A stretch of 63,852 nt of DNA from NCBI RefSeq assembly GCF_000002075.1, contig NW_004797315.1, positions 346,733-410,584 of the forward strand, read 5' to 3'. This DNA is from Aplysia californica (taxonomy: Eukaryota). The position numbers and the translations under genes are program-made. This document shows positions 23,001-32,000 of this stretch, piece by piece. Numbering within the stretch: the stretch's first letter is position 1; each line of letters starts with the position of its first letter. Below the pieces are notes generated by a model. It searched no databases. It was not told where the DNA came from and was given only the letters and a program-made list of their open reading frames with translations.

Positions 23001-26000
23001 GGAGTGAAAATGTTATTTCTGCCCCTCTTTCCAGCTGCAGCCCTTGCGACATAAAGAGTGACTTTGACAAGATCAACGGTCAGATCAACACCTTTGTCTC
23101 CCAGCTGTCCTCTGCCAACACGGTCGTTCAGAAAAGTTTTCACGGCTTCTTGGAGGTAAATCTCAGATGTCTGGATTATCAAACATTGTGAAATGTGTCT
23201 GTAGTTTGTGACCAGATTCAGAGTTTTGTTCTCACCCCCCGGGGCGGTGCTACTGACTGAAGTGTCTTTAGTCATTCCCAAAATGGGGACATTAACCATG
23301 TTCTTATGCACAGTAGAATTGTAATTGTAAATGGGCTGATTCATCAATGTCATGCTCATAACTGTGCCTGAACTGCAACAGGGAACTGCTGCTTTTTCTT
23401 TCCTACTCCTTTCTATCGTCATTTTTTCTCTTCTTTTTTTGTATGTTTGCCACACTCTTGTGACCCACTATTTCCTGGGTGCCTTGATAGTCGAAGCAGA
23501 CTTTGTGCTGTTGAAGCTAGAGAGGTGAGCAGAGTAAGTTGGATTCCCCTTGGCGCTCATATGACCTTATTCAGTTGCAAGCTTCGTAAAACCTTTCTCA
23601 AACTAAACTTAACTCATCCTCTTCCCATTTTTATACCAGCTTTCACTGGATTTCTCTGTGCATGCCGATCGTGAATGATAGGTGTGTATGTTTGGGAGAG
23701 ATTTTCCTGAGTAAAATGAAATAATAAGTAGGTAGTGTCATACCATACTTATTTTGAAAGGTAATAAAACGTATAATTGAAATGTGTAAAAAAATATTTG
23801 ATTAGGCAAAGGACGTAATTGATACTTGTCAGAGAACACACGTCCATTACATGGGAGCTAATAAAAAGACAGACTAAATTTCCGACTTTGAATATAAACT
23901 ATAATAAAATTTGTATTTCAAAAACAGATTCCTACATTCATAAAATGAATGTTACGTTCAATTCCCTGCTTATTCATGCAAAAATGTATGGAATTGTGCA
24001 ATTCTAGTAGATTTTATTATCAATTTTGTAACATCTCTGTGACAATACCAAAGTTTGTAATGTGCCTGGGTTGCGCTTACTTGTCCAATTCTAGATTTAG
24101 ATTTAGACTTAGATCTAGGTCATTATCCTCTTGATTTTCACTTCTCTTGGCTTTCTTTCCCTTTCATTTCAAGAATTTCACTCACTTCCCCATCTTCCAA
24201 CTATCCTCTTTACTATCACTGTAGATTTAGATCTACGAATTATGTCTTTCACGCTTCTTACTTTCGATTCAATCATCACCTGAATCAGAATCTAAAGCTA
24301 AGGGTTCTAAGACAATATCATCTCTGTCCTCAAGTTTACTAAAGAAAAATTCCATAGTCTGTTTTACAAGTTATCCTATAGGGTCGTTTACTACCAGGCC
24401 CAGAAAACATAGCTAGAACTAAAAATGGGTGTGATCATCCTTCGTGTTTTGGTTTCACAAACACACTACTCAAAATACTCCAACAATTTCAATTTTCCAC
24501 CCACTTACGTAGTTATAGACACTATATTTCGTTGCAGGAAGCTTCTACTTTTGAGATTTGTTTATATCTAAACTTAAAACTATGGATCAGGCATTTACGA
24601 ACTAAATAAAGTTTGAGTATAGCCTGTGCTGATGTATCGGTAATGGGCGGAAATGATGCGGTCGCGCTACCGATATATCGGTAATGGGCAGGGAATGAGT
24701 TAACGTTTTGGTCTATAATAATACGGCTCATCGTGCTTTTATTGAGTATCCTGGTCTTTCTCTTTCTGTTGGGATACTGTATCCCTCTCAGTCTGGGTTC
24801 GCCCTGGCAGGCAGAGTCCAAGCCTGCCTCCCAAAACGATCAAAAATTGTGCTGATGGGGATCAAAAATTGTGCTGATGGGGGTGTAAAATCACTTACCT
24901 TTGAAAAAATATACAAAGAAAATAAAACGTTGGTTTCTTGGTACTACATGTATGGGAGGTGATAATTAATCGTAAGATACAGTTGAACTTCTTCTAATGG
25001 TTACCTTTCTGAGAAAAACGAGAGCTCTCTTCCCTCATCATCATCATTTTTTAGGGGGGCTCCAGTGGCTAAGTAAGTAGTGAGTTTAGACTCAAGTAAT
25101 GTCAAGCAAGTATCAGTGACACGGGGATCAGATGGGTGCCGGGTGGTCAGTGGGGTGTGTCCTTGAGCAAGACTCGACAACCCCAGCTCAAAATACAGGG
25201 CGCTGCACCGACAATGGCATGGTTGTAAACTGTTCGGTATTTGTGTAATATTGTGTACTTATGTATGTATTTGTGCTTGTATTTATGTATGTATGTGTTT
25301 ATTATAATTATGTATGTTTGTATGTGTATGTATGTTTGCCATTGTAAACCAAAGTGCCCTTCTGGGACAAATAAAAGTAATTTATTATTATTATTATCAT
25401 TCCCTTTCTCACGCTGCATCAGGGTATAGGCCACGGACAAACACTTTCCACCTTTCTCTATCCTGGGCTAGCCTCTTGATGTTATTCTATGTCTTCCAAC
25501 TTTTCTGTACCCCAATTTCTGTGATTCTTTTCCAGGTTCCACACGGCTTTCCCCTTAATCTCTTATCCTGTGGATTCCAATCCAACAATTTCTTTGTTAA
25601 TGCAGCTGCCTTTTTTCCTGAGAGTATGTCCAATCCATCGCCACCGCCTTCTTCCTTCCTCATCTCTGACTGGGTTCTGTCTTGTTTCGATAACACTTCC
25701 TCGTTGGTGACCCTATCTGTCCATCTGATCCTCAGTAACTTTCTTATACACTTGTTCAAGGAAATCCTCTGCCCTCGCCTCCCGGTTATTGTATATTATA
25801 ATAACATTGTCCTAGAAGTCCACCTAAGACAACCAGTTTTCTCATGGACAATTGTTGGTCGTGGTGCACAATTTTGATTGTACTGTTTTACCATTGTGAT
25901 TCAAGTTTCTAAAATTGATCATGATATTTTTCTTTTTCTATCTTCTATCTCTATCTCTACCTGTGGTATGCTTGGCTCGTTACAGGATGTGAAAAGAGAT

Positions 26001-29000
26001 CTCCGTGAACTGCAGGCTCAGATAGCAGAATTGAAGCAGCAGTCGCAGCGCCTGGCCGAGTTTTTCTGCGAGTCGGAGACGTTTGAGCTGCAGACTTGTC
26101 TCAAGACGCTGCACAACTTTTTCAAAGAGCTCAGGACGTGTAGGCAGGTGAGAAACTCAGGCATTTATGTGACCTAATTGTGCTGCAAGTGCCATAAACT
26201 CTTACTAAAGACAACTCTAAATCATATAACAAATTTCTGTGATTTGAATTCTTCGTTACTCCTAATATGATTTGGAAAGCACTATTCCCAGTGACCCTGG
26301 GGATAGGCCCAGAAACTATTCCCAGTGTGGCTGGGAATAAGTCCGGAACCCACTGGCTATAGGGCTTAGGGCAGAATAGTTCCCAGTGTCACTGGGAATA
26401 GACCCAGAAACTGTTCCCAGTGACACTGAAACAGACAGGCCCATTAGATCTACTCCTGGATCGATAACAACATAATAACAACATTCGATCTACTGTTCCT
26501 TCACTGATCTACATGGGCATGATGGTGATGGGTTACTAAATATACTAGACTATATTTTATGTTGATCTATATTCTAGATACTAGATCTAACTAGACTAAA
26601 GTAGATTGTGGTGTGAGTGGAAGAATTTTTTTTAAAGAAAAAGGAATGGTCATTCTATGCTTGCTTGTTATTCTGTCGTAAATTAAATGTACGTGTTGAT
26701 CTAGATTTAGATCAACATGCGGTTTTTGGAGACCACGGTACAGGACAGGTAGAAATCCTTCCCGATTCTTCTTTCTTCTAGATTCTAGTTCTAATTCAGA
26801 TCTAGATCTATTCTACAGTCAAGTCTAAGCCCTAGGTAAGAGAAGAGAACAAAAGTACTGAACTGAAGTGAGAAGAGAGTCTACAGAGCAAAGACTTCTG
26901 ATTTTTTTTAATGCAAAAGAGTTCTGTTGTCATTGGGAATAGTTTCTGCACCTATCCCCACTGTCACTGGGAATAGTCACTTATATTATTTTAATCTTGT
27001 TTCACAGAGGGGTTCTGACCTACTAGTAATTAAATGAAAATTGAGCTTCTGGAGTTTTTTATCAAAACTATCAGCTGTTTCGTGGCTTCATTTGCATCCT
27101 GCGAGTGGTTGGGCTGCCACAGTTAGTTCTTACATCCTTTCTTTCTATCTGTCACTTCTGTCTCTCTGTTTTGCTCTCTCCCTGCACTAAATGATGGTTA
27201 TTATATCAATGAGCTTATCTTTGCTCAAGAAAATAGACAAACATTTCCATCCTATAAATGTGGGCAGTTGGCAAGTGCTCTGATGTGGTTTGCTCCTTCT
27301 TTCTTGTCACACATCATCAATCATCCGTTTCTTTCCTCCTTTTCATTGTACATACATAACAAAATCTGAGACTGAGGAAGAGTGTACCGGAAAATAGTCC
27401 AGCATTTGGGGCCTCTCTAGTAACATCTTTAATCATCGGCACTTATATATAATCTAATTGTGTTGCAAATGCCACAAAACTTCTTTTATCCCTTCCAGTC
27501 CCATGCGCGTATATTTTCTGCTGCGCTTGTACTTCCCACCGTCCCAAGAGCGTATATTCTCAGTTTCAGGGTGCACTAAATTTGGGCATTTTTCGAAATG
27601 GCAGCGAACCTTATTAAACTTTTATTTTCATAATTGTTCATTTACCTTTAAACTTTGTTATATGTTATTATCTAAACCTTATTACAAAGATACTACATCA
27701 CTTTTTAGAATGCATGCCTCTTTTTCTGAAATACTGCTGTATTGGCTGGAAACTGACTCTAAGGGGGTGCTCAAAAATAGCTGGGGCTGGAAGGGTTTAA
27801 AACCCCAAAGACCCATCCTGTAAATGAGACAAGTTTTTTTATGATCCCTCCAGGAGGTGCATTTGATGTCGAAGCAGAAGACGGAGGCGGTGAGGCACAG
27901 CGATATGTTCAGCCGACAACTGCGCAGGAAAAGCATGGCGCTTCAGTTTGGACAAGAGGCCGGTAGGTTTTTACAACATCGTGTGGAGAACTGGCGTCTG
28001 GTAAAATTGGTGTGACGGTTAGTTAGGCTCCTACGACACTACCTGCAAAAGACATCATGAACTTGATACCTGAGTGGAGAAGTTTCCTTCAGAGAATCTC
28101 GGACTATCGGCTGAGACATTGAATCACATACAGTCGAACCTGCCCTGACGGCCACCTCTATAAGACGGCCACCTGTACAAACGGACACTTTCCATTTCCC
28201 CCCTTGCGTTTTTTCTATATACTTTAACTGTGTAAAACGGGCACCTGTCCAACGCGGCCGCGGCCACTATATTTCAACACACAACCCCTATCACACAAAG
28301 CAAAAACACCTGTCTTAGACGGCCATCTTAGTGACTCCATTACGCTTTGTCATAAATTGTGCATTAGGCCCTGGCGTTGTGGGTGAGCCATCATCTAAAA
28401 ACCTGTCGTTGCTAGGTAGTCCCTCCAACTGATCATGTTGTGTAGGCCCCTCCCACTGTTGACCAATAGGTAACAAAATTAATTTACAGCTGCTGGTGAG
28501 GTAAGCATGTGATCCATCATAACCCATAAGCCCCGCCCAGAACCCATACACAAATCGCAAGTGAGATGAGTGGTCACTATTTTATTTACCCAGTCTGTAA
28601 CAAAGTAACAATGGACGTCAACATGAACTTGTGATAGAAGCGTCGCTTGTTCTCCGAGTGGTAGTACGGGTGTTTGTTTAACCATAGCACTTGATCCCCC
28701 TTGTCTGACACATTTCGTTTTATTGTCACCCGTGCACAAAAGCAGCAACAAAAGAAAAGAAAACCCAGCGAAAACAACAACAACAATCAACAATGCAACT
28801 ACCTTCGGTTGGGACCTCAGAAAGGAAGAGTTTGTTTTCTCAGAAAGGAAGGGTTTGTTTTCTTCATCTTGATCAGTCCTGCCTAAGACGGCCACCTGTC
28901 ATATACGGCCACTTTTCTCATTGACAATGGGTGGCCGTCTTACACAGGTTTGACTGTATATCGTCCTTATAACTCTTCCTCCTTTCCTGTCAAACACCTA

Positions 29001-32000
29001 TCGTCCTTATCTCTTCTCCTCTTTCCCGTCAAGCACCTATCGTCCTTATCTGTCCTTTTTCTTTCCTTTCAAACATCTATCGTTCTTATCTCTCCTCCCT
29101 CTTTTCTTTGTATGTTACTCTCTTATAACATCTCTAATGTTCGGCACTTGTGTAACGTAACTGACTTTACTGTGAGAATAAACATTCTATATTCATGTAT
29201 CTATACAACTCTAAAGGTCTTGCAGTAAATGATGCATCTGATGTGATCTGTACATTGTCAGATTTACTTTTTTTTCTCAAATTGAATTTTAATGAAGGTA
29301 ATATATAATCTAATTTCTATGTATACCTGCATGTGTTTTTACGGTCCTGTAGAGCCAAGAAAAATTACCGTCTGGGACAATAAAGTATTAACTTATCTTA
29401 TCTTTGTGTTGCAAGTACTGTAGAACTGTTTACTAAAACGAAACTGATTCAGTTTTTTGCGTCTTTGTGTGTTCCAGGTGCCAGTTCGTCTATACTGGAG
29501 GACAAGCGACAAGTGATTGAAACAATCGTGACCGAACTTCACCGAGGCAACTTCAACCCGGCACTGTCCATGGCAGCGACCGCCGCTCACAACGGACTTC
29601 CTCCTACGTCTCTATCGGTCTCGCGCCGCACAGAAGCGGCCAGCAAATCCCCGCGCGTCCAGCCCGCGCCCCACTCGGCCGCCACCACCACCACGCCGGA
29701 CCGAGAGCTGAACCCGATGGAGCTAAGCCGCATCAGTCTGATGGGTACCCCGATGATGAACCGACCGAGCAGCGAACTCATCGACGACGAACTCACCATC
29801 AGCACGCTCAAACTGGGCACCAGACTTGTCACCAGTTCAGGTCAGTTTTGGTTTTCGTCATGAGACATAAGTAAATAAAAGTTAACTTTTGCTGCATGCC
29901 AAAGCCAACACACACACACACACACACACACACTGTTGACACACACACACATACCCTCAAGTTAAATTTCGCTCCATGCCACAGCCACACGCCCCCCCCC
30001 CCCCCCCCCCCCAAATCAAATGACCAAAATTTTCGTTAAAAATTTTTTTTCTCATCGCTTTGCAAAACTGCCGTTGGATTGCTGCTGTGTGCTTGCATGG
30101 TGATGTGTTCCACTTTCTCAACTTTGTGTCTCTTAGACACTTACATCATGACCTGTTTGTGGTGCAGGTACTGTAAAATTAAAACTCACACTTACACTAA
30201 AAAAACTAAAACACAACGTGCTCCTCTTTACTCAAACAAGCAGCCTTTTACTTTGAATCATTTCAAGTTTTCTTCGTTTTTTGGGTGCTCTGGTGTGGTT
30301 TGCTTCTTCTTTCCTATGAAACATCTATTGTCCTTATCGCCCCTTCTTCTTTTTTATGTTTGTTATTTTTTTGTAACAGCTCTAATCTTCTGGCGCTCAT
30401 ATGACCTTATGCTGTTGAGAGCGCCATAAAACCTCTACTAAAACTAAAAACTTTTTTTTTTTGCTGCAGTGAAAAACATTGCGGACACGGCCGCTAACTC
30501 TGGCAAGGAGAAAGCCCCAGTTATGGCCCTTCCCAAACAGTTAGTACGTACGGCCATGCAAGGCACCAAGAGGCACCACCGTAGTCGCAGCGACCTGGCC
30601 AACTCCAGCAGCGTGACTGGCAAGTGGATTAGGTGTGTAACTTAACTAGAGCCACAGTTCGCGACCCCAGTGCTTTCTTGGGGGGCTCTCGTGGCCTAGA
30701 GGTTAAGGTGTTGACCTCTCATTCAAAGGTCCCGGGTTCGAATCCGGGTAGCGACCGAAAAATTTTCTTCTCTAAAATTGTCTCCTTTCACCTCCTTTCC
30801 TGCTCTCTAGCAATATTCTGTCGTCTGCTTTTGTCTCCTCTTTCTGCCCCCACCCCCTCATCTCCCTTGCCCCCTCCTCTGGGCTCCTGACTCTTTCTGC
30901 AGCCTTTCTACTGCTACTCCTTGACTCCTTCTTACAGCTGTCTTTCTACCACACCCCTGATCTTCTGGTAGGAAAGATCTACACCTAGCCTTCTCGGACA
31001 AGGGCGAAAAATCTCGGAGTGCCCGTGTGCAAGTTGTGCACGTTAAAGATCCCTTGGTGGTCTAAAATCGATAAGAGTAGGCTTCGGCCGCCACCCGGGC
31101 AAAATTCAAAATTTCCTACCAACGAAAAAGTATTAGGTGTGTCCCGCGCGCTCATATGACCTTATGCAGTTGCGAGTGCCGTAAAACCCTATACTAAACA
31201 AACAAACAAACAAGTGCTTTCTTGTCGTATCTTCATTTTTAATAACAGTGAAAACAGTTTATGACAAAGAGTGAGCTTAAGAAGAATTCACATTTTCACT
31301 GTTTAAAAAAAAGGAGATACGACGAGAAAGCACTGAGGTCGCGAGTTCCGTTCTTGAGCTTCTGAGTTTTAGTGTCATCTGGTGGTGATATAGAAAAGGT
31401 TCTGATGATGGTATAGAAAGAGTTCTGATGATGGTATAGAAAGTGTTCTGATGATGGTATAGAGTGAGTTTGATGATGGTATAAAAAGTGTTCTGATGAT
31501 AGTATAGAAAGGGTTCTGATGATGGTATAAAAAGTGTTCTGATGATGGTATAGAAAGTGTTCTGATGATGGTATAGAAAGAGTTTAATGATGGTATAGAA
31601 AGGTTCTGATGATGGTATAGAAAGGGTGCTATAGAAATAAGCGTTCTGGTGGTGGTATAGAAAGTGTTCTGGTGGTGGTATAGAAAGTGTTCTGGTGGTG
31701 GTATAGAAAGTGTTCTGGTGGTGGTATAGAAAGGGTTTGATGATGATGTAGAAAGTGTTTGATGATGGTATAGAAAGGGTTCTGATTATGGTATGTAAAG
31801 TGTTCTGATGGTATAAGAAAGAGTTCTGACTGATGATGGTATATATATCTGGTGGTGTATAATAAAGGGTTCTGATATGGTATATAAAAACTTCTGATAG
31901 TATATAAATACCAAATTCTGATTGTATTTACAAAGGGTTCTAATATCTTAAATAAATATTAAGCTGGTATATTAATGATTTGACGATATATAAAGGTCTC

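Noticed and set aside
30681-30755. tRNA genes at 9910, 30681 and 61646
   Set aside because: A/B boxes are present, but they continue into SINE bodies (with tails and TSDs in the latter two); these are SINE heads.
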